This document shows positions 37,301 through 50,600 of a stretch of 64,000 nucleotides of DNA, one piece after another. A program made the translations under genes and the position numbers. The stretch comes from Eledone cirrhosa (lineage: Eukaryota): assembly GCA_964016885.1 (NCBI GenBank), contig OZ024750.1, forward strand, positions 38,874,001 to 38,938,000, given 5' to 3'. The notes under the pieces were generated by a model, which ran no database searches, was not told the DNA's origin, and was given only the letters and a program-made list of their open reading frames with translations. Within the stretch, counting starts at the first letter, position 1, and each line of letters starts with the position of its first letter.

Positions 37301-40300
37301 TGCTTCTTGTTAACTATTACCTGGGTACCTCTACGGTGACAGTGGTTCTTGTTAACTATTACCTGGGTACCTCTACGGTGACAGTGGTTCTTATTAACTA
37401 TTACCTGGGTACCTCTACGGTGACAGTGGTTCTTGTTAACTATTACCTGGGTACCTCTACAATGACAGTGGTTCTTGTTAACTATTATCTGTGTACCTCT
37501 GCGGTGAAAGTGGTTCTTGTTAACTATTACCTGGGTACCTCTACGGTGACAGTGCTTCTTGTTAACTATTACCTGGGTACCTCTACGGTGACAGTGCTTC
37601 TTGTTAACTATTACCTGGGTACCTCTACGGTGACAGTGGTTCTTGTTAACTATTACCTGGGTACCTCTACGGTGACAGTGGTTCTTGTTAACTATTACCT
37701 GGGTACCTCTACGGTGACAGTGCTTCTTGTTAACTATTACCTGGGTACCTATACGGTGACAGTGGTTCTTGTTAACTATTATCTGGGTACCTCTACGGTG
37801 ACAGTGGTTCTTATTAACTATTACCTGGGTACCTCTACGGTGACAGTGCTTCTTGTTAACTATTACCTGGGAACCTCTACGGTGACAGTGGTTCTTGTTA
37901 ACTATTACCTGGGTACCTCTACGGTGACAGTGGTTCTTGTTAACTATTACCTGGGTACCTCTACGATGACAGTGGTTCTTGTTAACTATTACCTGGGTAC
38001 CTCTGCGGTGAAAGTGGTTCTTGTTAACTATTACCTGGGTACCTCTACGGTGACAGTGCTTCTTGTTGACTATTACCTGGGTACCTCTACGGTGACAGTG
38101 GTTCTTGTTAACTATTACCTGGGTACCTCTACGGTGACAGTGGTTCTTGTTAACTATTACCTGGGTACCTCACGGTGACAGTGCTTCTTGTTAACTATTA
38201 CCTGGGTACCTCTACGGTGACAGTGGTTCTTGTTAACTATTACCTGGGTACCTCTACGGTGACAGTGCTTCTTGTTAACTATTACCTGGGTACCTCTACG
38301 GTGACAGTGGTTCTTGTTAACTATTACCTGGGTACCTCTACGGTGACAGTGGTTCTTATTAACTATTACCTGGGTACCTCTACGGTGACAGTGCTTCTTG
38401 TTAACTATTACCTGGGTACCTCTACGGTGACAGTGGGTCTTGTTAACTATTACGTGGGTACCTCTACGGTGACAGTGGTTCTTGTTAACTATTACCTGGG
38501 TAGCTCTACGATGACAGTGCTTCTTGTTAACTATTACCTGGGTACCTATACGGTGACAGTGGTTCTTGTTAACTATTACCTGGGTACCTCTACGGTGACA
38601 GTGGTTCTTGTTAACTATTACCTGGGTACCTCTACGATGACAGTGGTTCTTAACTATTACCTGGGTACCTCTGCGGTGAAAGTGGTTCTTGTTAACTATT
38701 ACCTGGGTACCTCTACGATGACAGTGGTTCTTGATAACTATTACCTGGGTACCTCTACGGTGAAAGTGGTTCTTGTTAACTATTACCTGGGTACCTCTAC
38801 GGTGACAGTGCTTCTTGTTAACTATTACCTGGGTACCTCTACGGTGACAGTGGTTCTTGTTAACTATTACCTGGGTACCTCTACGGTGACAGTGGTTCTT
38901 GTTAACTATTACCTGGGTACCTCTACGGTGACAGTGGTTCTTGTTAACTATTACCTGGGTACCTCTACGGTGACAGTGGTTCTTGTTAACTATTACCTGG
39001 GTACCTATACGGTGACAGTGGTTCTTGTTAACTATTACCTGGGTACCTCTACGGTGACAGTGGTTCTTATTAACTATTACCTGGGTACCTCTACGGTGAC
39101 AGTGCTTCTTGTTAACTATTACCTGGGTACCTCTACGGTGACAGTGGTTCTTGTTAACTATTACCTGGGTACCTCTACGGTGACAGTGGTTCTTGTTAAC
39201 TATTACCTGGGTACCTCTACGATGACAGTGGTTCTTGTTAACTATTACCTGGGTACCTCTGCGGTGAAAGTGGTTCTTGTTAACTATTACCTGGGTACCT
39301 CTACGATGACAGTGGTTCTTGTTAACTATTACCTGGGTACCTCTACGGTGAAAGTGGTTCTAGTTAACTATTACCTGGGTACCTCTACGGTGACAGTGCT
39401 TCTTGTTAACTATTACCTGGGTACCTCTACGGTGACAGTGGTTCTTGTTAACTATTACCTGGGTGCCTCTACGGTGACAGTGGTTCTTGTTAACTATTAC
39501 CTGGGTACCTCTACGGTGACAGTGCTTCTTGTTAACTATTACCTGGGTACCTCTACGGTGACAGTGGTTCTTGTTAACTATTACCTGGGTACCTCTACGG
39601 TGACAGTGCTTCTTGTTAACTATTACCTGGGTACCTCTACGGTGACAGTGGTTCTTGTTAACTATTACCTGGGTACCTCTACGGTGACAGTGGTTCTTAT
39701 TAACTATTACCTGGGTACCTCTACGGTGAAAGTGGTTCTTGTTAACTATTACCTGGGTACCTCTACGGTGACAGTGGTTCTTGTTAACTATTACCTGGGT
39801 ACCTCTACGGTGACAGTGCTTCTTGTTAACTATTACCTGGGTACCTCTACGGTGACAGTGGTTCTTGTTAACTATTACCTGGGTACCTCTACGGTGACAG
39901 TGGTTCTTGTTAACTATTACCTGGGTACCTCTACGGTGACAGTGGTTCTTGTTAACTATTACCTGGGTACCTCTACGGTGACAGTGGTTCTTGTTAACTA
40001 TTACCTGGGTACCTCTACGGTGACAGTGGTTCTTGTTAACTATTACCTCGGTACCTCTACGGTGACAGTGCTTCTTGTTAACTATTACCTGGGTACCTCT
40101 ACGGTGACAGTGCTTCTTGTTAACTATTACCTGGGTACCTCTACGGTGACAGTGCTTCTTGTTAACTATTACCTGGGTACCTCTACGGTGACAGTGGTTC
40201 TTGTTAACTATTACCTGGGTACCTCTACGTTGACAGTGGTTCTTGTTAACTATTACCTGGGTACCTCTACGGTGACAGTCCTTCTTGTTAACTATTACCT

Positions 40301-43300
40301 GGGTACCTCTACGATGACTGCTTCTTGTTAACTATTACCTGGGTACCTCTACGGTGACAGTTGTTCTTGTTAACTATTACCTGGGTACCTCTACGGTGAC
40401 AGTGCTTCTTGTTAACTATTACCTGGGTACCTCTACGGTGACAGTGGTTCTTGTTAACTATTACCTGGGTACCTCTACGATGACAGTGCTTCATGTTAAC
40501 TATTACCTAGGTACCTCTACGGTGACAGTGCTTCTTGTTAACTATTACCTGGGTACCTCTACGGTGACAGTGCTTGTTAACTATTACCTGGGTACCTCTA
40601 CGGTGACAGTGCTTCTTGTTAACTATTACCTGGGTACTTCTACGGTGACTGCTTCTTGTTAACTATTACCTGGGTACCTCTACGGTGACAGTGCTTCTTG
40701 TTAACTATTACCTGGGTACCTCTACGGTGACAGTGCTTCTTGTTAACTATGACCTGGGTACCTCTACGGTGACAGTGGTTCTTGTTAACTATTACCTGGG
40801 TACCTCTACGGTGACAGTGGTTCTTGTTAACTATTACCTGGGTAGCTCTACGATGACAGTGCTTCTTGTTAACTATTACCTGGGTACCTCTACGGTGACA
40901 ATGGTTCTTATTAACTATTACCTGGGTACCTCTACGGTGACAGTTGTTCTTGTTAACTATTACCTGGGTACCTCTACGGTGACAGTGCTTCTTGTTAACT
41001 ATTACCTGGGTACCTCTACGGTGACAGTGGTTCTTGTTAACTATTACCTGGGTACCTCTACGGTGACAGTGCTTCTTGTTAACTATTACCTGGGTACCTC
41101 TACGGTGACAGTGGTTCTTGTTAACTATTACCTGGGTACCTCTACGGTGACAGTGGTTCTTATTAACTATTACCTGGGTACCTCTACGGTGAGAGTGCTT
41201 CTTGTTAACTATTACCTGGGTACCTCTACGATGACAGTGGTTCTTGTTAACTATTACCTGGGTACCTCTGCGGTGAAAGTGGTTCTTGTTAACTATTACC
41301 TGGGTACCTCTACGGTGACAGTGCTTCTTGTTAACTATTACCTGGGTACCTCTACGGTGACAGTGGTTCTTGTTAACTATTACCTGGGTACCTCTACGGT
41401 GACAGTGGTTCTTGTTAACTATTACCTGGGTACGTCTACGGTGACAGTGCTTCTTGTTAACTGTTACCTGGGTACCTCTACGGTGACAGTGGTTCTTGTT
41501 AACTATTACCTGGGTACCTCTACGGTGACAGTGCTTCTTGTAAACTATTACCTGGGTACCTATACGGTGACAGTGGTTCTTGTTAACTATTACCTGGGTA
41601 CCTCTACGGTGACAGTGGTTCTTATTAACTATTACCTGGGTACCTCTACGGTGACAGTGGTTCTTGTTAACTATTACCTGGGTACCTCTACGGTGACAGT
41701 GGTTCTTGTTAACTATTACCTGGGTACCTCTACGGTGACAGTGCTTCTTGTTAACTATTACCTGGGTACCTCTACGATGACAGTGGTTCTTGTTAACTAT
41801 TACCTGGGTACCTCTGCGGTGAAAGTGGTTCTTGTTAACTATTACCTGGGTACCTCTACGATGACAGTGGTTCTTGTTAACTATTACCTGGGTACCTCTA
41901 CGGTGAAAGTGGTTCTTGTTAACTATTACCTGGGTACCTCTACGGTGACAGTGCTTCTTGTTAACTATTACCTGGGTACCTCTACGGTGACAGTGGTTCT
42001 TGTTAACTATTACCTGGGTACCTCTACGGTGACAGTGGTTCTTGTTAACTATTACTTGGGTACCTCTACGGTGACAGTGGTTCTTGTTAAATATTACCTG
42101 GGTACCTCTACGGTGACAGTGGTTCTTGTTAACTATTACCTGGGTACCTATACGGTGACAGTGGTTCTTGTTAACTATTACCTGGGTACCTCTACGGTGA
42201 CAGTGGTTCTTATTAACTATTACCTGGGTACCTCTACGGTGTCAGTGCTTCTTGTTAACTATTACCTGGGTACCTCTACGGTAACAGTGGTTCTTGTTAA
42301 CTATTACCTGGGTACCTCTACGGTGACAGTGGTTCTTGTTAACTATTACCTGGGTACCTCTACGATGACAGTGGTTCTTGTTAACTATTACCTGGGTACC
42401 GCTGCGGTGAAAGTGGTTCTTGTTAACTATTACCTGGGTACCTCTACGATGACAGTGGTTCTTGTTAACTATTACCTGGGTACCTCTACGGTGAAAGTGG
42501 TTCTTGTTAACTATTACCTGGGTACCTCTACGGTGACAGTGATTCTTGTTAACTATTACCTGGGTACCTCTACGGTGACAGTGGTTCTTGTTAACTATTA
42601 CCTGGGTACCTCTACGATGACAGTGGTTCTTGTTAACTATTACCTGGGTACCTCTACGGTGACAGTGCTTCTTGTTAACTATTACCTGGGTACCTCTACG
42701 GTGACAGTGGTTCTTGTTAACTATTACCTGGGTACCTCTACGGTGACAGTGCTTCTTGTTAACTATTACCTGGGTACCTCTACGGTGACAGTGGTTCTTG
42801 TTAACTATTACCTGGGTACCTCTACGGTGACAGTGGTTCTTATTAACTATTACCTGGGTACCTCTACGGTGACAGTGGTTCTTGTTAACTATTACCTGGG
42901 TACCTCTACAATGACAGTGGTTCTTGTTAACTATTATCTGTGTACCTCTGCGGTGAAAGTGGTTCTTGTTAACTATTACCTGGGTACCTCTACGGTGACA
43001 GTGCTTCTTGTTAACTATTACCTGGGTACCTCTACGGTGACAGTGCTTCTTGTTAACTATTACCTGGGTACCTCTACGGTGACAGTGGTTCTTGTTAACT
43101 ATTACCTGGGTACCTCTACGGTGACAGTGGTTCTTGTTAACTATTACCTGGGTACCTCTACGGTGACAGTGCTTCTTGTTAACTATTACCTGGGTACCTC
43201 TACGGTGACAGTGGTTCTTGTTAACTATTACCTGGGTACCTCTACGGTGACAGTGGTTCTTGTTAACTATTACCTGGGTAGCTCTACGATGACAGTGCTT

Positions 43301-46300
43301 CTTGTTAACTATTACCTGGGTACCTCTACGGTGACAATGGTTCTTATTAACTATTACCTGGGTACCTCTACGGTGACAGTGGTTCTTGTTAACTATTACC
43401 TGGGTACCTCTACGGTGACAGTGCTTCTTGTTAACTATTACCTGGGTACCTCTACGGTGACAGTGGTTCTTGTTAACTATTACCTGGGTACCTCTACGGT
43501 GACAGTGCTTCTTGTTAACTATTACCTGGGTACCTCTACGGTGACAGTGGTTCTTGTTAACTATTACCTGGGTACCTCTACGGTGACAGTGGTTCTTATT
43601 AACTATTACCTGGGTACCTCTACGGTGAGAGTGCTTCTTGTTAACTATTACCTGGGTACCTCTACGATGACAGTGGTTCTTGTTAACTATTACCTGGGTA
43701 CCTCTGCGGTGAAAGTGGTTCTTGTTAACTATTACCTGGGTACCTCTACGGTGACAGTGCTTCTTGTTAACTATTACCTGGGTACCTCTACGGTGACAGT
43801 GCTTCTTGTTAACTATTACCTGGGTACCTCTACGGTGACAGTGGTTCTTGTTAACTATTACCTGGGTACGTCTACGGTGACAGTGCTTCTTGTTAACTAT
43901 TACCTGGGTACCTCTACGGTGACAGTGGTTCTTGTTAACTATTACCTGGGTACCTCTACGGTGACAGTGCTTCTTGTTAACTATTACCTGGGTACCTATA
44001 CGGTGACAGTGGTTCTTGTTAACTATTACCTGGGTACCTCTACGGTGACAGTGGTTCTTATTAACTATTACCTGGGTACCTCTACGGTGACAGTGGTTCT
44101 TGTTAACTATTACCTGGGTACCTCTACGGTGACAGTGGTTCTTGTTAACTATTACCTGGGTACCTCTACGGTGACAGTGCTTCTTGTTAACTATTACCTG
44201 GGTACCTCTACGATGACAGTGGTTCTTGTTAACTATTACCTGGGTACCTCTGCGGTGAAAGTGGTTCTTGTTAACTATTACCTGGGTACCTCTACGATGA
44301 CAGTGGTTCTTGTTAACTATTACCTGGGTACCTCTACGGTGAAAGTGGTTCTTGTTAACTATTACCTGGGTACCTCTACGGTGACAGTGCTTCTTGTTAA
44401 CTATTACCTGGGTACCTCTACGGTGACAGTGGTTCTTGTTAACTATTACCTGGGTACCTCTACGGTGACAGTGGTTCTTGTTAACTATTACTTGGGTACC
44501 TCTACGGTGACAGTGGTTCTTGTTAAATATTACCTGGGTACCTCTACGGTGACAGTGGTTCTTGTTAACTATTACCTGGGTACCTATACGGTGACAGTGG
44601 TTCTTGTTAACTATTACCTGGGTACCTCTACGGTGACAGTGGTTCTTATTAACTATTACCTGGGTACCTCTACGGTGACAGTGCTTCTTGTTAACTATTA
44701 CCTGGGTACCTCTACGGTAACAGTGGTTCTTGTTAACTATTACCTGGGTACCTCTACGGTGACAGTGGTTCTTGTTAACTATTACCTGGGTACCTCTACG
44801 ATGACAGTGGTTCTTGTTAACTATTACCTGGGTACCGCTGCGGTGAAAGTGGTTCTTGTTAACTATTACCTGGGTACCTCTACGATGACAGTGGTTCTTG
44901 TTAACTATTACCTGGGTACCTCTACGGTGAAAGTGGTTCTTGTTAACTATTACCTGGGTACCTCTACGGTGACAGTGATTCTTGTTAACTATTACCTGGG
45001 TACCTCTACGGTGACAGTGGTTCTTGTTAACTATTACCTGGGTACCTCTACGATGACAGTGGTTCTTGTTAACTATTACCTGGGTACCTCTACGGTGACA
45101 GTGCTTCTTGTTAACTATTACCTGGGTACCTCTACGGTGACAGTGGTTCTTGTTAACTATTACCTGGGTACCTCTACGGTGACAGTGCTTCTTGTTAACT
45201 ATTACCTGGGTACCTCTACGGTGACAGTGGTTCTTGTTAACTATTACCTGGGTACCTCTACGGTGACAGTGGTTCTTATTAACTATTACCTGGGTACCTC
45301 TACGGTGACAGTGGTTCTTGTTAACTATTACCTGGGTACCTCTACAATGACAGTGGTTCTTGTTAACTATTATCTGTGTACCTCTGCGGTGAAAGTGGTT
45401 CTTGTTAACTATTACCTGGGTACCTCTACGGTGACAGTGCTTCTTGTTAACTATTACCTGGGTACCTCTACGGTGACAGTGCTTCTTGTTAACTATTACC
45501 TGGGTACCTCTACGGTGACAGTGGTTCTTGTTAACTATTACCTGGGTACCTCTACGGTGACAGTGGTTCTTGTTAACTATTACCTGGGTACCTCTACGGT
45601 GACAGTGCTTCTTGTTAACTATTACCTGGGTACCTATACGGTGACAGTGGTTCTTGTTAACTATTACCTGGGTACCTCTACGGTGACAGTGGTTCTTATT
45701 AACTATTACCTGGGTACCTCTACGGTGACAGTGCTTCTTGTTAACTATTACCTGGGAACCTCTACGGTGACAGTGGTTCTTGTTAACTATTACCTGGGTA
45801 CCTCTACGGTGACAGTGGTTCTTGTTAACTATTACCTGGGTACCTCTACGATGACAGTGGTTCTTGTTAACTATTACCTGGGTACCTCTGCGGTGAAAGT
45901 GGTTCTTGTTAACTATTACCTGGGTACCTCTACGGTGACAGTGCTTCTTGTTGACTATTACCTGGGTACCTCTACGGTGACAGTGGTTCTTGTTAACTAT
46001 TACCTGGGTACCTCTACGGTGACAGTGGTTCTTGTTAACTATTACCTGGGTACCTCTACGGTGACAGTGCTTCTTGTTAACTATTACCTGGGTACCTCTA
46101 CGGTGACAGTGGTTCTTGTTAACTATTACCTGGGTACCTCTACGGTGACAGTGCTTCTTGTTAACTATTACCTGGGTACCTCTACGGTGACAGTGGTTCT
46201 TGTTAACTATTACCTGGGTACCTCTACGGTGACAGTGGTTCTTATTAACTATTACCTGGGTACCTCTACGGTGACAGTGCTTCTTGTTAACTATTACCTG

Positions 46301-47620
46301 GGTACCTCTACGGTGACAGTGGTTCTTGTTAACTATTACGTGGGTACCTCTACGGTGACAGTGGTTCTTGTTAACTATTACCTGGGTAGCTCTACGATGA
46401 CAGTGCTTCTTGTTAACTATTACCTGGGTACCTATACGGTGACAGTGGTTCTTGTTAACTATTACCTGGGTACCTCTACGGTGACAGTGGTTCTTGTTAA
46501 CTATTACCTGGGTACCTCTACGATGACAGTGGTTCTTAACTATTACCTGGGTACCTCTGCGGTGAAAGTGGTTCTTGTTAACTATTACCTGGGTACCTCT
46601 ACGATGACAGTGGTTCTTGTTAACTATTACCTGGGTACCTCTACGGTGAAAGTGGTTCTTGTTAACTATTACCTGGGTACCTCTACGGTGACAGTGCTTC
46701 TTGTTAACTATTACCTGGGTACCTCTACGGTGACAGTGGTTCTTGTTAACTATTACCTGGGTACCTCTACGGTGACAGTGGTTCTTGTTAACTATTACCT
46801 GGGTACCTCTACGGTGACAGTGGTTCTTGTTAACTATTACCTGGGTACCTCTACGGTGACAGTGGTTCTTGTTAACTATTACCTGGGTACCTATACGGTG
46901 ACAGTGGTTCTTGTTAACTATTACCTGGGTACCTCTACGGTGACAGTGGTTCTTATTAACTATTACCTGGGTACCTCTACGGTGACAGTGCTTCTTGTTA
47001 ACTATTACCTGGGTACCTCTACGGTGACAGTGGTTCTTGTTAACTATTACCTGGGTACCTCTACGGTGACAGTGGTTCTTGTTAACTATTACCTGGGTAC
47101 CTCTACGATGACAGTGGTTCTTGTTAACTATTACCTGGGTACCTCTGCGGTGAAAGTGGTTCTTGTTAACTATTACCTGGGTACCTCTACGATGACAGTG
47201 GTTCTTGTTAACTATTACCTGGGTACCTCTACGGTGAAAGTGGTTCTAGTTAACTATTACCTGGGTACCTCTACGGTGACAGTGCTTCTTGTTAACTATT
47301 ACCTGGGTACCTCTACGGTGACAGTGGTTCTTGTTAACTATTACCTGGGTGCCTCTACGGTGACAGTGGTTCTTGTTAACTATTACCTGGGTACCTCTAC
47401 GGTGACAGTGCTTCTTGTTAACTATTACCTGGGTACCTCTACGGTGACAGTGGTTCTTGTTAACTATTACCTGGGTACCTCTACGGTGACAGTGCTTCTT
47501 GTTAACTATTACCTGGGTACCTCTACGGTGACAGTGGTTCTTGTTAACTATTACCTGGGTACCTCTACGATGACAGTGGTTCTTATTAACTATTACCTGG
47601 GTACCTCTACGGTGAAAGTG
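34400..47620. repeat. 5449-bp block duplication whose second copy carries an internal 2436-bp duplication
   Basis: 34905/40354, 35236/40685, 36952/42401 (offset 5449); 42401/44837 (2436 = 58 monomers); 38068/45953 (7885 = 5449+2436). Boundaries approximate. Confidence 0.88.
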
Positions 47621-50600
47621 GTTCTTGTTAACTATTACCTGGGTACCTCTACGGTGACAGTGCTTCTTGTTAACTATTACCTGGGTACCTCTACGGTGAC
47701 AGTGGTTCTTTTTAACTATTACCTGGGTACCTCTACGGTGACAGTGGTTCTTGTTAACTATTACTTGGGTACCTCTACGGTGACAGTGGTTCTTGTTAAA
47801 TATTACCTGGGTACCTCTACGGTGACAGTGGTTCTTGTTAACTATTACCTGGGTACCTATACGGTGACAGTGGTTCTTGTTAACTATTACCTGGGTACCT
47901 CTACGGTGACAGTGGTTCTTATTAACTATTACCTGGGTACCTCTACGGTGACAGTGCTTCTTGTTAACTATTACCTGGGTACCTCTACGGTGACAGTGGT
48001 TCTTGTTAACTATTACCTGGGTACCTCTACGGTGACAGTGGTTCTTGTTAACTATTACCTGGGTACCTCTACGATGACAGTGGTTCTTGTTAACTATTAC
48101 CTGGGTACCTCTACGGTGAAAGTGGTTCTTGTTTACTATTACCTGGGTACCTCTACGGTGACAGTGCTTCTTGTTAACTATTACCTGGGGACCTCTACGG
48201 TGACAGTGGTTCTTGTTAACTATTACCTGGGTACCTCTACGGTGACAGTGGTTCTTGTTAACTATTACTTGGGTACCTCTACGGTGACAGTGGTTCTTGT
48301 TAAATATTACCTGGGTACCTCTACGGTGACAGTGATTCTTGTTAACTATTACCTGGGTACCTATACGGTGACAGTGGTTCTTGTTAACTATTACCTGGGT
48401 ACCTCTACGGTGACAGTGGTTCTTATTAACTATTACCTGGGTACCTCTACGGTGACAGTGCTTCTTGTTAACTATTACCTGGGTACCTCTACGGTGACAG
48501 TGGTTCTTGTTAACTATTACCTGGGTACCTCTACGGTGACAGTGGTTCTTGTTAACTATTACCTGGGTACCTCTACGATGACAGTGGTTCTTGTTAACTA
48601 TTACCTGGGTACCGCTGCGGTGAAAGTGGTTCTTGTTAACTATTACCTGGGTACCTCTACGATGACAGTGGTTCTTGTTAACTATTACCTGGGTACCTCT
48701 ACGGTGAAAGTGGTTCTTGTTAACTATTACCTGGGTACCTCTACGGTGACAGTGCTTCTTGTTAACTATTACCTGGGTACCTCTACGGTGACAGTGGTTC
48801 TTGTTAACTATTACCTGGGTACCTCTACGGTGACAGTGGTTCTTGTTAACCATTACCTGGGTACCTCTACGGTGACAGTGCTTCTTGTTAACTATTACCT
48901 GGGTACCTCTACGGTGACAGTGGTTCTTGTTAACTATTACCTGGGTACCTCTACGGTGACAGTGCTTCTTGTTAACTATTACCTGGGTACCTCTACGGTG
49001 ACAGTGGTTCTTGTTAACTATTACCTGGGTACCTCTACGGTGACAGGGGTTCTTATTAACTATTACCTGGGTACCTCTACGGTGACAGTGGTTCTTGTTA
49101 ACTATTACCTGGGTACCTCTACAATGACAGTGGTTCTTGTTAACTATTACCTGTGTACCTCTGCGGTGAAAGTGGTTCTTGTTAACTATTACCTGGGTAC
49201 CTCTACGGTGACAGTGCTTCTTGTTAACTATTACCTGGGTACCTCTACAATGACAGTGGTTCTTGTTAACTATTACCTGTGTACCTCTGCGGTGAAAGTG
49301 GTTCTTGTTAACTATTACCTGGGTACCTCTACGGTGACAGTGCTTCTTGTTATCTATTACCTGGGTACCTCTACGGTGACAGTGCTTCTTGTTAACTATT
49401 ACCTGGGTACCTCTACGGTGACAGTGGTTCTTGTTAACTATTACCTGGGTACCTCTACGGTGACAGTGCTTCTTGTTAACTATTACCTGGGTACCTCTAC
49501 GGTGACAGTGGTTCTTGTTAACTATTACCTGGGTACCTCTACGGTGACAGTGGTTCTTATTAACTATTACCTGGGTACCTCTACGGTGACAGTGCTTCTT
49601 GTTAACTATTACCTGGGTACCTCTACGGTGACAGTGGTTCTTGTTAACTATTACGTGGGTACCTCTACGGTGACAGTGGTTCTTGTTAACTATTACCTGG
49701 GTAGCTCTACGATGACAGTGCTTCTTGTTAACTATTACCTGGGTACCTATACGGTGACAGTGGTTCTTGTTAACTATTACCTGGGTACCTCTACGGTGAC
49801 AGTGCTTCTTGTTAACTATTACCTGGGTACCTCTACGATGACAGTGGTTCTTGTTAACTATTACCTGGGTACCTCTGCGGTGAAAGTGGTTCTTGTTAAC
49901 TATTACCTGGGTACCTCTACGATGACAGTGGTTCTTGTTAACTATTACCTGGGTACCTCTACGGTGAAAGTGGTTCTTGTTAACTATTACCTGGGTACCT
50001 CTACGGTGACAGTGCTTCTTGTTAACTATTACCTGGGTACCTCTACGGTGACAGTGGTTCTTGTTAACTATTACCTGGGTACCTCTACGGTGACAGTGGT
50101 TCTTGTTAACTATTACTTGGGTACCTCTACGGTGACAGTGGTTCTTGTTAAATATTACCTGGGTACCTCTACGGTGACAGTGGTTCTTGTTAACTATTAC
50201 CTGGGTAACTATACGGTGACAGTGGTTCTTGTTAACTATTACCTGGGTACCTCTACGGTGACAGTGGTTCTTATTAACTATTACCTGGGTACCTCTACGG
50301 TGACAGTGCTTCTTGTTAACTATTACCTGGGTACCTCTACGGTAACAGTGGTTCTTGTTAACTATTACCTGGGTACCTCTACGGTGACAGTGGTTCTTGT
50401 TAACTATTACCTGGGTACCTCTACGATGACAGTGGTTCTTGTTAACTATTACCTGGGTACCGCTGCGGTGAAAGTGGTTCTTGTTAACTATTACCTGGGT
50501 ACCTCTACGATGACAGTGGTTCTTGTTAACTATTACCTGGGTACCTCTACGGTGAAAGTGGTTCTTGTTAACTATTACCTGGGTACCTCTACGGTGACAG